The position numbers were made by a program, and so were the translations under genes. DNA of 61,722 nt, filler included. It is 5 parts of 5 records of this genome, joined end to end, with 100 filler letters (N's around TTAATTAATTAA, not from the genome) between each part and the next. Parts side by side here need not be neighbours in the genome. Positions count along the whole stretch, not along the records: positions 44,646 to 54,447 come from SRR2962707_1630; positions 54,548 to 61,722 come from SRR2962707_1639; 3 more parts are not named here. The stretch is one strand, 5' to 3'. Positions 48,129 to 58,000 of this stretch are shown one piece after another. The notes beneath the pieces are model-generated. The model saw only the letters and a list, made by a program, of their open reading frames with translations. It searched no databases and was not told the DNA's origin. The stretch's first letter is position 1; each line of letters opens with the position of its first letter.

Positions 48129-48249
48129 GTCGCGCGCGGCTCCGGCTGGCGGAGACCTTCGGGGCGGAGAAGCCACCCTACGGAGGAAAAGGTCGCGAAT
48201 TGGGGTAGCACGTCCCCCGGCCGATTCCTAGCGTGCCCGCGCCGGTCGT

Positions 48250-51231
48250 CTAGCTGAGCCGCGCCTCTAGCGACGCAAGCGTTTCGCGCGTCGCCGTCCC
48301 TGTCGTCTCCAGCCCTTCTGTCAGCTGGTATTCGAGTATCGCGTCCCGCGTCCGCGGGCCCATCAGCCCGTCGGGCGAGCCCGCGTCATAGCCGAGGCGG
48401 TTGAGCAGTTCCTGCACGCGCGCGATGTCGGCCTTCGTCGCCGCGCCGCTGCCGCCGCTGCCTTCGAGCGAGGAAACATCCCATTGCTTCAGCGAACTGA
48501 CATCGCCGTTCGCCAGCGGATCGGGCGTCTTCGCGTTCCATGTGCCGGAGGCGACCTTCGCCTTGGCGAGGTCTTCGGCGCTCAGTTCCGTTGCAATGGC
48601 GTCGCGCTTCGCGGCCGCGCCCTTGTCGCCGCCCTCTGCCGCGATGTCGAGCCACTTGTAGGCAGCGACCGGGTTTTTCTCGATGCCGAGCCCGCGCTCG
48701 TTCAGGATCGCGAGATTGTACTGGCTGTCGCCAAGTCCGTAATCGGCGGCCTGCGTGAACCAGCCTGCCGCCGTCTTGAAGTCCTGCGCGGTGCCGCGTC
48801 CTTCAGCATGGATGACGGCGAGATTATGCATCGCCTTCACATTGCCGCTCGCCGCCGCCTTCGCATACCACTCGCGGGCGAGGGTGTCGTCCTGCGTCAC
48901 GCCGCGGCCTTTTTCGTATTGCGTCGCCAGCCTGTATTGCGCGGCGGCAAGGCCTTGCTCGGCCGCGCGCTCGAACCACTTCGCCGCTTCGCCCATGTCC
49001 TGCGTCACGCCTTCGCCATTCGCATAGCGTTGGCCGACTTCGTATTGCGCCGCCGCGTCGCCGCGCTGCGCGGCGTCCATCAGCGTCACCTTCGCAGGCT
49101 CGACAGGCGCCGTCTCGACGGGCGTCGAAGGTGCCGCCGCGGCCGAAGGTGCCGGCGTCAGTGTCGCCGTGCCGGCGGGCGTTCCCGCCGAAGGTTTCAC
49201 GGCAGGCTTCGGCGAAGGCACGATCGCTTCACCGGAGGTCGCCGGTGCCGTTTCGGTAGAGGGTGACGCCGGAACCGTCGCCCCGCTCGCTGCGGGATCG
49301 CCGGCGCCGGCGTCTTCCGGACTGGCCTCCGGGTTTGTCGATGTCTCTGGCAGGGTGATCGGCGCGGTGCGCTCTGCGGCTGACGGCAGCGGCGCCGGGC
49401 CGCCCCTCAGCATCACATAAGCGCCCGCGAGAACGGCGAGCAGCACGAAGCTCGCCGCCACACCCAGAATGAGTTTCCGGCGGCGTCCTTCGCCTTCGTC
49501 CTGCGCGGAGAAGCGGGCGGAAGAGTCGGCATAGGCCGGTGTCGGTGTGCTGCCGTATTGCGGTTCCTGCCGCGCGCCGGTGCCGCCTTGTGCGGCCGCC
49601 TGCGCTGCGCGCCGCGCCGCCGCGAGAAAATCATTCGCCGCGCGCGCGCCCGCGTTCTGCGAGGGTTCGGCGGGATCGGGCGGGATCACGCCATCGTCGA
49701 TCTCGCCGCGCATCTGCGCATCGCCCGCATAATAATCGTCGTCCGGCTCCGCCGCGAAAGGCGGCGGTGCCTCGTGTTCGAAATTCTCCGGCTCGCGGCG
49801 CGTCCGCTCGAAGGAGGGCGGCGCCTCGTAGCGCGTCTCTTCATAGGGCGGCGGTGCGATGGTCGCGGACCGGCGTTCGCTTTCATAGCTGCGGTCCCAG
49901 TCGTTCGGTCCGAAGGACGGGCCCAGATTGCCGCCCATCATCGGGGGCGCGTCGAAATTCGGCAGGCCGAAGCCGGGTCCGGCAGGCGGAAAGCCGGCCG
50001 CGACGCCGCCCACATTGAGCTGCGGCGACAAGGTCGCCTGCGCCTTGACGGCTTTCGTTTCCTTTTCGAGATGGTTGAGGCGGCTCGTCATGCGCTCGAT
50101 CATCGCCTGCAGCGATGTCAGCGCTTCGCGGTCGCGGCCTTCGCTCACCGACAGGTTCTCGCCGATCCCGGCAATCGCCTTCTCGACGGTCTGCGCCGCT
50201 TCCATCGTCAGCCGCTCGTTATGTTCGAGCCGCTGCGCCATCTGCTCGAAACGGTTCGCGAGCGCTTCGGGAACTTCCGTGCGGTGCGACCGGTCGAGCT
50301 CTTCGAGCTTCCGCGCGATGCCCGTCACCGAGCTTTCGAACGTGCTGACGGTTTCGTTGTTTTTGCTTTCCGTGCGCTCGAGCCGCTCGGCCATCTTCTC
50401 GATGTTCTGCTGCAGCCGCTCGATTGCCGCGCGCTGATTGTCGGCGGCCGATTTTTCCTCGATCGCCTTCAGCGCCGCTTCCACGGCCTGCGGGCCGATC
50501 CCGCTCACGCCGTGCTCCATCTTTTCGAGCCGGTTCGCAAGCTGCATCAGCGTGCCTTCGAGAGCCTGCGCGCGCTTCTTCGCTTCCTCGCGCTCTGCTT
50601 CCTGTTCGGCGTTTTCGACACGGTGCGAGAGCGAGGCCAGCGCCTCGCGAATTTCGCCAAGCGTGCTGTCCGTGCGCTGTTCGGTCGTCTCCAGATGGTC
50701 GACGACGGCGTTCACGGCCTTTTCGAGCGTCTGGATCGTGCGCTGATCTTCCGGGCGCAGTCCGCCGCGGCCGCGCTCGGCGCGTTCCATGCGTTCGCCG
50801 AGCATCTGCAGCTTCCGCTCCAGAGGGTCGATGGATCGGTTCTCCGAATATCTCTCGCCCATATCGTGCTCCGGCTGTTCGATGCGCTCGGCAAGCTGTC
50901 CTACCGTCGCCTCGAGCTTGCGCGTCATCTCCGCTGTGCGCCGCTCGCTGTTGTCGACTCGCTGCACGAGTTCCCGCACGGCTTCCGCAACCGGTCCGAG
51001 ATCGATCCTGGGTTCGGGTATGGACGCATGCGGTGCCGTGTGCTCCGGCGTCGAATACCGGTTCTGCATGGCCGGTGGCTCCTGTTGCCCCACTTCGTCG
51101 GTGCCGGTGTCCATGATGATCTGGTTCAACCAGACGCCGAGCGTCACGCCTGCCCGGCGGGCGGCCTGCTTGGCCGCTTCTCGCGCCTCGGGCTCAATAC
51201 CCTTGACGCTCCATGGAACTCCAGATCGCAT
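48250..51231 (-). CDS. podJ: polar localization factor PodJ-like protein
   Basis: PWSVKGI..EAREAAK.AARRAG.TLG.WL N-terminus, long coiled coil, TM segment, Sel1 repeats, C-terminal PG-binding domain (GSPDGLMGPRTRDAI). Confidence 0.88.
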   Translation of the reverse strand: MRSGVPWSVKGIEPEAREAAKQAARRAGVTLGVWLNQIIMDTGTDEVGQQEPPAMQNRYSTPEHTAPHASIPEPRIDLGPVAEAVRELVQRVDNSERRTAEMTRKLEATVGQLAERIEQPEHDMGERYSENRSIDPLERKLQMLGERMERAERGRGGLRPEDQRTIQTLEKAVNAVVDHLETTEQRTDSTLGEIREALASLSHRVENAEQEAEREEAKKRAQALEGTLMQLANRLEKMEHGVSGIGPQAVEAALKAIEEKSAADNQRAAIERLQQNIEKMAERLERTESKNNETVSTFESSVTGIARKLEELDRSHRTEVPEALANRFEQMAQRLEHNERLTMEAAQTVEKAIAGIGENLSVSEGRDREALTSLQAMIERMTSRLNHLEKETKAVKAQATLSPQLNVGGVAAGFPPAGPGFGLPNFDAPPMMGGNLGPSFGPNDWDRSYESERRSATIAPPPYEETRYEAPPSFERTRREPENFEHEAPPPFAAEPDDDYYAGDAQMRGEIDDGVIPPDPAEPSQNAGARAANDFLAAARRAAQAAAQGGTGARQEPQYGSTPTPAYADSSARFSAQDEGEGRRRKLILGVAASFVLLAVLAGAYVMLRGGPAPLPSAAERTAPITLPETSTNPEASPEDAGAGDPAASGATVPASPSTETAPATSGEAIVPSPKPAVKPSAGTPAGTATLTPAPSAAAAPSTPVETAPVEPAKVTLMDAAQRGDAAAQYEVGQRYANGEGVTQDMGEAAKWFERAAEQGLAAAQYRLATQYEKGRGVTQDDTLAREWYAKAAASGNVKAMHNLAVIHAEGRGTAQDFKTAAGWFTQAADYGLGDSQYNLAILNERGLGIEKNPVAAYKWLDIAAEGGDKGAAAKRDAIATELSAEDLAKAKVASGTWNAKTPDPLANGDVSSLKQWDVSSLEGSGGSGAATKADIARVQELLNRLGYDAGSPDGLMGPRTRDAILEYQLTEGLETTGTATRETLASLEARLS

Positions 51232-51398
51232 CCGAATCACTATGCCCGTTAACCCTTCGAGCCAGTATAAACCGCGCTATCTGGTATTTCTAAACGCAGA
51301 CTGACCCTAAATCTTGTCGCGGTGCGCTTTGTCGACGCCAGCGCGCAAAGATGCGGCGGGACGTTCTGTTTCAGCACACCAATAAAGCGGCAAGGTCG

Positions 51399-51414
51399 GT
51401 AAACACCGCGTTAA
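51399..51414 (-). promoter_or_regulatory. probable CtrA site upstream of podJ
   Basis: Minus strand TTAA-CGCGGTG-TTTAC, one mismatch to TTAA-N7-TTAAC; podJ is CtrA-regulated in Caulobacter. Confidence 0.5.
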
Positions 51415-51465
51415 TCCGGGCCCCTAACTCCGTGCCAGGGCGTTATTTTTTTCGGAAGGGTCCGC

Positions 51466-52539
51466 TCAGGCGCCGTTCCGCAGCCGGAGCATCGCGGCAT
51501 CGGCCCATTTGGACCAGGGGCGGGCCTTCGCGAGATAGGCGTCGTGCGAGGCAGCGACCCTGCCCGCAAATTCGTTCGACGAGGCCAGTTCCGCCATCAC
51601 ATCGCCCGATATCTTCGCCATTTCGGCGGCGACGGGCTCCGGCCATTCGCGCAGGCCGGGCCCTCCGCCATCCGTCAGGCTCGCAAAGCTCTCGATATTG
51701 TGGAAGGTGAAGTCCGCCAGCGTTTCCGCCGCGGTCGCGAGCGCCGCCCCCCGCACGATCTCCTGCAGGTCGTCGGGCAGAGCCTCGAACTTCTCCTTCG
51801 CGACCATCAGCTCAAGCGCCGGTCCCGCCTCGTGGAAGGCGGGCAGGTAGTAGTAGCGCGCCACCTTGTCGAGCCCGAACGCCACGTCGTTCCACGGGCC
51901 GACCCATTCCGCCGCGTCGATCGTTCCGTTCTTCATCGAGGTGAAGATTTCGCCGGGCGGCGTCAGCACCACGCTCGCGCCGAGCCGTCGCATCACCTCG
52001 CCGCCGAGCCCCGCGATGCGGAACCGGAGACCTTTCAGGTCGTCGAGCGTGTTGATCTCGCGATTGAGCCAGCCTCCCGCCTGCACGCCGCTCGACCCGG
52101 CATAAAAGGGCAGCACGCCGAACGGCGCATAGGCCTCTTCCCACAAGGCCTGTCCGCCGCCGAATTGCAGCCAGCCCGCCATTTCCGGCGCCATCAGACC
52201 GAAAGGAACGCCCGTGAAATAATGGAAAGCCGGGTTCTTTCCCTGCCAGTAATAGGGCGTCCCGTGCCCCATCTCGCAGGCGCCTTGCGACACCGCGTCG
52301 AACACTTCGAAGGGCGGTACGATCTCGCCCGCGCCATAGAGCTTCACGGTGAGCCGCCCGCCGGACATCGCGCCGATCCGGTCGGCAAGCCGCTGTGCGT
52401 TGACGCCGACACCGGGCGCACCCTTCGGCCATGCCGTCGCCATGCGCCACTGGATCGCGTCTTCCGCGCGCGTGGAGGTGGCAAGGGCGGGCAGCGCGAG
52501 TGCGCCTGCCGCCGCGCCGAGAAAGTCCCTGCGTTTCAT
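51466..52539 (-). CDS. TRAP transporter substrate-binding protein (DctP/TakP-like), Tat signal
   Basis: MKRRDFL, W.M.T.WP, YYWQGK, GLRFRI.GLGG, AAEWVGP..D. Confidence 0.92.
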   Translation of the reverse strand: MKRRDFLGAAAGALALPALATSTRAEDAIQWRMATAWPKGAPGVGVNAQRLADRIGAMSGGRLTVKLYGAGEIVPPFEVFDAVSQGACEMGHGTPYYWQGKNPAFHYFTGVPFGLMAPEMAGWLQFGGGQALWEEAYAPFGVLPFYAGSSGVQAGGWLNREINTLDDLKGLRFRIAGLGGEVMRRLGASVVLTPPGEIFTSMKNGTIDAAEWVGPWNDVAFGLDKVARYYYLPAFHEAGPALELMVAKEKFEALPDDLQEIVRGAALATAAETLADFTFHNIESFASLTDGGGPGLREWPEPVAAEMAKISGDVMAELASSNEFAGRVAASHDAYLAKARPWSKWADAAMLRLRNGA

Positions 52540-52606
52540 CTGTTCGGTCCCCGGAATATCGTTCCGCGCGAGCATGTCACTTCGCGGGCATTCCCGGCAA
52601 CGTCGT

Positions 52607-53164
52607 TCAGGGGCCGGAGAAGACCTGCACCGCGATGATCCGGTCGCCGCTCCGCGCTATACCGATGCCGCTTTTCGTCATCTCGCCTGCTTGCATGTTC
52701 TTGCGGTGCGATGGGCTCTTTGCCCATTTGTCGGCCAGCGTCTGAGCCAGCGCCTGATCGCTCATCGAGGCATAGCTCTGCCCCTCGACCACCTGGATGT
52801 TTTCGGCAACCCGCCCGCTGAATTCCGGGTTGAGCGTCAGCACCCGCTCGCGCGGGCCCTGGCCCTCCGGGTTGTGGTGGCCGAAGAAGCCGCGAAGCTG
52901 CATGTCGGCTGCATGGACACTCGCCGCCCGTTGCAACGTCGCATCGGCAGCGAGCGCGTTGACGCCCTTCGTCGCGCGGAAATCGTTCACCGCCTTCAGC
53001 ACTGCCCGTCCGAGCGGCGTCTCGCCGACGGCGGCGGCGCTCGCCTCGGCGGGCAGGCTTGCCGTGTTGACTTCCCGCGGTTTCATGGATGACTCGCCGC
53101 TTGCGCATGCGGTCAGCATCCCGCTGACAATCAGAAGGGTGGCGGTCGTGAAGATGCGCGGCAT
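52607..53164 (-). CDS. CAP/SCP domain lipoprotein
   Basis: Lipobox LTAC; VNDFR, HAADM...FF.H, AENI, W..SPSHRKNM. Confidence 0.88.
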   Translation of the reverse strand: MPRIFTTATLLIVSGMLTACASGESSMKPREVNTASLPAEASAAAVGETPLGRAVLKAVNDFRATKGVNALAADATLQRAASVHAADMQLRGFFGHHNPEGQGPRERVLTLNPEFSGRVAENIQVVEGQSYASMSDQALAQTLADKWAKSPSHRKNMQAGEMTKSGIGIARSGDRIIAVQVFSGP

Positions 53165-53240
53165 GGCTTTCTCCCTGAGGCTTGCTTGGCTCCACTAGAG
53201 CATTGGCGGCGCGCATCGCCAAAAAGATTTCGCGATCTCA

Positions 53241-53269
53241 TTGACGCTTACGTCAACGTCAACTAGAGT
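53241..53269 (+). promoter_or_regulatory. LiuR-type operator overlapping a sigma70 promoter
   Basis: TTGACG-CTTA-CGTCAA palindrome plus overlapping TTACGTCAACGTCAA; TTGACG-N17-TAGAGT promoter. Confidence 0.7.
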
Positions 53270-53383
53270 CCGGTCCACTTTCAAAAAATGGCTGAAAACA
53301 GCCGGATTTCCAGGCTTAAAACACCGTCGAACCCAGCCGCCGCACCATGTTGCAGCCTGCGTTCGCAGTCAGGGAGAGAGTTC

Positions 53384-53899
53384 ATGGAACAGCAGCTTCA
53401 CGTCGCCTCCAGCACGGCCCCCCGGGGCAATGGTGCCGAAAAGGGTGAGGGTACGGGCGTCACCTTCTCGATTGCCGCGCTCGCTGAAGAGTTCGGCCTG
53501 ACGACGCGCGCCATCCGCTTTTACGAGGACAAGGGCTTGCTCTCGCCGGAGCGCAAGGGCCAGACCCGCGTCTATCATCCGCGCGACCGCGCCCGCCTCA
53601 CCCTCATCGTGCGGGGCAAGAATGTCGGCCTCGCGCTCTCGGAAATAAAGGAAATCCTGAGCCTTTACGACCATCACGAGGGATGCGAGACGCAGAACCG
53701 CGTCGCGGTCGGCAAGTTCCGCAAGCGCATCGCCCAGCTTCAGGACCAGCGCGGCGAAATCGACCTGCAGATCAAGACGCTGGAGGAGAGCTGCGCGCGG
53801 CTCGAGGCGCAGATCGAGGAGCAGGTGAAGGAAGCCCGCAAATCAGGCGCCGAGGCAAAGCCGGCAAAGACGAAGAAGCCCGAAAAGGCTATCGTTTGA
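53384..53899 (+). CDS. MerR-family regulator, LiuR-like
   Basis: FSIAALAEEFGLTTRAIRFYEDKGLL.P.R.G..RVY..RDRARL.LI.RGK; upstream of an acyl-CoA dehydrogenase. Confidence 0.88.
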   Translation: MEQQLHVASSTAPRGNGAEKGEGTGVTFSIAALAEEFGLTTRAIRFYEDKGLLSPERKGQTRVYHPRDRARLTLIVRGKNVGLALSEIKEILSLYDHHEGCETQNRVAVGKFRKRIAQLQDQRGEIDLQIKTLEESCARLEAQIEEQVKEARKSGAEAKPAKTKKPEKAIV

Positions 53900-53907
53900 G
53901 GTAAATC

Positions 53908-53929
53908 CGCCTCCCGAACCCGGGAGGCG
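53908..53929. other. intergenic stem-loop
   Basis: CGCCTCCCG-AACC-CGGGAGGCG without a long U-tract. Confidence 0.5.
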
Positions 53930-53952
53930 TCTTACCTGCCGGAGGACCGTCC

Positions 53953-54447
53953 ATGCCGACTTATCAAGCGCCGCTGCGCGAATACCGCTTCTTGCTGAAC
54001 GAGCTGCTCGACTTTTCGCAATACGCGAACCTGCCGGGCTTCAAGGATGCGCCTGCCGATCTCGTGGACGCCATCCTGGAAGAAGCGGCCAAACTCACGC
54101 AGGAAGTGCTGCAGCCGCTGAACCAGATCGGCGACCGCGAAGGCTGCAAGCTCGAAAACGGTGTGGTGACGACGCCCACCGGCTTCAAGGAAGCCTACAA
54201 GCTGCTGGTCGATGGCGGCTGGCCGGCCCTCGTCGCCGACACGGCCTATGGCGGACAGGGCCTGCCGAATGCGCTCGGCGTCATCTTCAACGAGATGGTC
54301 TCGTCGGCCAACATGGCCTTCGGCATGTATCCGGGGCTCTCCCACGGTGCTTACTCCGCGCTCTCCCAGCACGGCACGGATGAGCAGAAGCAGAAATACC
54401 TGCCGAAGCTCGTCACCGGCGAGTGGACCGGCACCATGAACCTCACC
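53953..54447 (+). CDS. acyl-CoA dehydrogenase, 3'-partial
   Basis: MPTYQAPLR, GDREGC, YGGQGLP, MYPGLSHGA, GEWTGTMNLT. Confidence 0.93.
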
Positions 54448-54547
54448 NNNNNNNNNNNNNNNNNNNNNNNNNNNNNNNNNNNNNNNNNNNNTTAATTAAT
54501 TAANNNNNNNNNNNNNNNNNNNNNNNNNNNNNNNNNNNNNNNNNNNN
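54448..54547. other. artificial contig spacer
   Basis: N44-TTAATTAATTAA-N44. Confidence 0.98.
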
Positions 54548-54586
54548 TTTTCTAAAATGGACTTTCGAAAAGTTCTCGTGTCTGTC

Positions 54587-54600
54587 TGTGTGTGTGTGTG
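54587..54600. repeat. (TG)7 microsatellite
   Basis: Direct reading. Confidence 0.85.
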
Positions 54601-55051
54601 TTTTGAGTGTGGAGTTTCCGCGATTGTTGTTTGTGGTATTCGTTGGCAGCAGCGTGACGCTCCCCTTCGTGATGCAGTGTCTGCATGCAAGAAGACGCTG
54701 GAGGTAGATGAATGCATGGAGGGAGGGAAGGATGCAAGGCACAACGAGCGAAGGCTGGGCGAATGAAGAAGGAACAGTGACAGGAACAAAGGAATCAGCC
54801 CTGGCTCAAAAAACTCTGCAAGTAAATGCCTGTTGTCGTATCGACGCGAATTGTTGGTGTCCGTACGTTGATCGCAACGTGAATTCTGTTGTTGCTGTGG
54901 TGGACGCTTGTCAACGTTATGGTGCTGAATAACAAGCCATCCACAATGTGGCGATCTTTTGGCAGCACGAGCGGTGCGTGGCACGACTGTTGCCAATGAT
55001 AACCCGTGTGGTCACGACCCTGCTTGTGTGAGTTGGGTTGCAATTTTTGGC

Positions 55052-58000
55052 ATGACAACGCTGTGGATCACTGCCTACTTGGTGCTACTGGCCTTGCATG
55101 TGCTCGTCCAGCTCCCTGTAGTCCAAGCCCAGGCTTGTGCTTCGGAGGTTCTCGTGGACTCTGACATTGGACTTAAAGACTCTGAGTTTGCTGTCGTCCA
55201 ATGTGCAGACTGGGAGTGTTGTTGCAACCAGTGCTTCATTCGCAGCAGTGAGGGGCCGGACCGCAAAGAAAACATTTGCTCTCATTGGGTGTTTCATTAC
55301 GCTGGATCTGGTTTCTGCTACCTCAAAGACTCGGCGCGATCCGATCCGGCCATTCGCGCACCGTTAGCAGGATTCGTCGCTGGTGTGGCAGCCAATCACA
55401 TTACATCTGGCCAAGTGCCTCCGGCCAGGGTAGCACCAAAACCAACCTGTCGTGGATTCTGTGGCCTTCAGAGTCGCGGCGGTTGCTTGTGTGACTCTCT
55501 GTGTATTCACTATGGGGACTGTTGCACCGACTTTGAAGAGCAGTGCGAAGCGTTGCTGTCCACAGTAAAAGGACCGCAGGCTTCTTTTTTCGCAACGTGC
55601 ATTCGAAACAATACTGGTCATGGCACCTCAATAAGTGCACATCTTCCAGGCTACTGTGGATACCTCGCCAGTGCGCTCAGTTCCAAAAAATCCTTGGACA
55701 GGCAAACAAATAGCCATCATGGTGTCCAACCTCCGACAATTGCTCTGATTCAAAATAGTGCTGTCTCAAGTTTTCCCGTTGAAGATTATGGAGGGGCAGA
55801 GCGGGCAATTGAAGTTCTCGCAGCTGAATTGCAACGCCTTCGGCTTCCCTTCTTTGTTGTAATTCCTCGTCGTCGTGAAGGTGCAGCGCGGGGTCACTAC
55901 CCCTTTCAAGTGTGAGTATTCAATTGCAACGTTATACTCGTTGAGGGTTGTGTCTGCGGTCGCACATCTCAACAATAGTTCTTACTTGATGCCAAATCGA
56001 AATTAGGTGTGAGACTGTCAACGCACCAGCACTTGACGCCCTTCCAGCACTTGATGTGCAAGCATTGCAGCAAGATCCACAAGCTCAACTGCGGCAATTT
56101 TACCTTGCTAATTTGAAATTTGCAGAAGAGGTGCTGCGACTGTTAGCATCGCACCCACAGAGAGATAACTTGGTGATATGGAGTCAAGAAGCATGGTCCG
56201 CCAACTTGGCTTTCTTGGGCCGACCCCAAGTTCGTTCTGACTGTGTTTTAGTCGCTCTGCCACGTAAAGTTGGAATTGCGATAAGAATATAATGCAATGC
56301 AGTCGTTCGCGTGAAATGCTTGTGGCTTTTCTGCACTCAGGTTATCACAACCCATGCTTCCATGGGAAAACAGTCATGGATCGCCCCCGAAATATATGGT
56401 GTGTGTCTGCCTTGCCTGGCTTTAAACTGCGATGAACTATGCTTGCTTGTCACAAGTTTCATGCTCTTGCGTCACAGTTCAATGACTTCTTTGCTTCCAT
56501 TCATTTTCAAGGTCAGGCTTATAACAATATTCGAGTGCGATTTATTTCACAGTCCCAACGACGAACATGGTACACCTTGGACATTACCTGTGCGCACATC
56601 ACAAAGCCTGCCTCAAAAAAAAAAAAATTGGTTTTCTTTGTGATGCCCAATACGATGTGGTCACAGGTTTCCGTCTGCAGTGGAGTTTCAGGACGAAATG
56701 CAGCTCTCGTCTGTTGTCCCGCTGTCACTTGAAGCTAAATATTTCGGGTCCTGTGCGTCGCCAGTACCCCGTGTTGGCCCTTTTGAGTCTGTGGGTCTCA
56801 ATGGGCTTAATAGAGTGGCAAAATGCGACCCAATCGATCATGAGCAAACCGACTCAATGCCACGACGCTGCTTTTTGCCGACAAAGGGGCGGAAACTTGC
56901 AATGTGGATGGCCGGTTTAAATTGGGGCCTACGTGGCAAGGTATGGCTCATTAGATGTCGTGATTTCTATTTTTAGTGCGCCGTGATAAACACAGAAATC
57001 GTTGTTCTGGCGTGCACATCTCATTGTAATTTTCTGATATACGGGTTAGGGTCTTGATGTGTTTATTGCTCTTGCCACCCGCCGTCCAGACATTGACTTT
57101 GTTGCGTATGGCGCGGGTTTCGGTGATGTAGAAGTGATTGCAGCAATTCAAGCAGCAGAATCAAGTCTTTCAAACTTTCTGTTTGCTGGCTCCTTGCACA
57201 GTGACAACCATACGGCAGCCTACTGTGAGGCGGATGTGTTTATTACGCCAACACGGAATGACGAGGTTAAAACCCTTTCTGTGTTCATTGCTCTTGGCAC
57301 AGCATCTCTTGCAAACGCATTCAATACTGCGTGAACATGTATGAACCACACAGGCCTTCGGTCGCACTATCATTGAAGCAGCAGCTCGGGGAACGCCTAT
57401 TATTGGGAGCAACAATGGAGCTGTTCCAGGGTTGATTCAATCCGTTGATCACAGTCTTGGAGTTGTTTGCGATGTTGACAATCTTGAATGCTTCAGCCAA
57501 GGATTGGACAAAATTCTGGGTAAAGACGAAGAAGAACATTTTACTCGCGCAAAGATATCCAGCGCTGCAGCCAAGCGTTTTCTTGCAGCTCAGGAGGTTG
57601 ATCAGCTTCTTCGGCAAACTTTATTAGCATCTGCACAAATCAACCTTCTGACACCCGCCGCTCTTACTGTCAGCCCGCTCTACCGCGGGCAATACACTGA
57701 TGTGGGGCGTTTGACCGGAAGTGTGGTGAACAGCATTCGCTCAAGTGATGTGGCACGTGCAGTGCGAAGAAATTTTCCGATGGCTTCAAACCCTGCTCTT
57801 CAAGAAGCTGACCTTATTCGAGACTTGGCACTTGCCTTGGAGCGTCAAGGTGTTCCAGCATCAGTGAGTTTGCACGGACAGCAAAGTATTGCTTTTGTTG
57901 CAAAGCTTAGCAGGACGCTCTCATTGCTCAATATCTGTATTTATTTAACTGTGTTGTTGAATTTTTGAACAATCACTTGAAGGAAAGCAGCAAGTGGCGA

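Noticed and set aside
10634-54547. Four identical TTAATTAATTAA motifs flanked by N runs, as a possible repeat family or CRISPR
   Set aside because: Exact 100-nt N44-12-N44 layout with stops in all frames, and genes are cut at each one. This is an assembly linker, not biology.
54548-55051. Short ORFs at the start of the eukaryotic contig
   Set aside because: No motifs or consistent splice model, and they overlap a microsatellite. They cannot be supported as genes.
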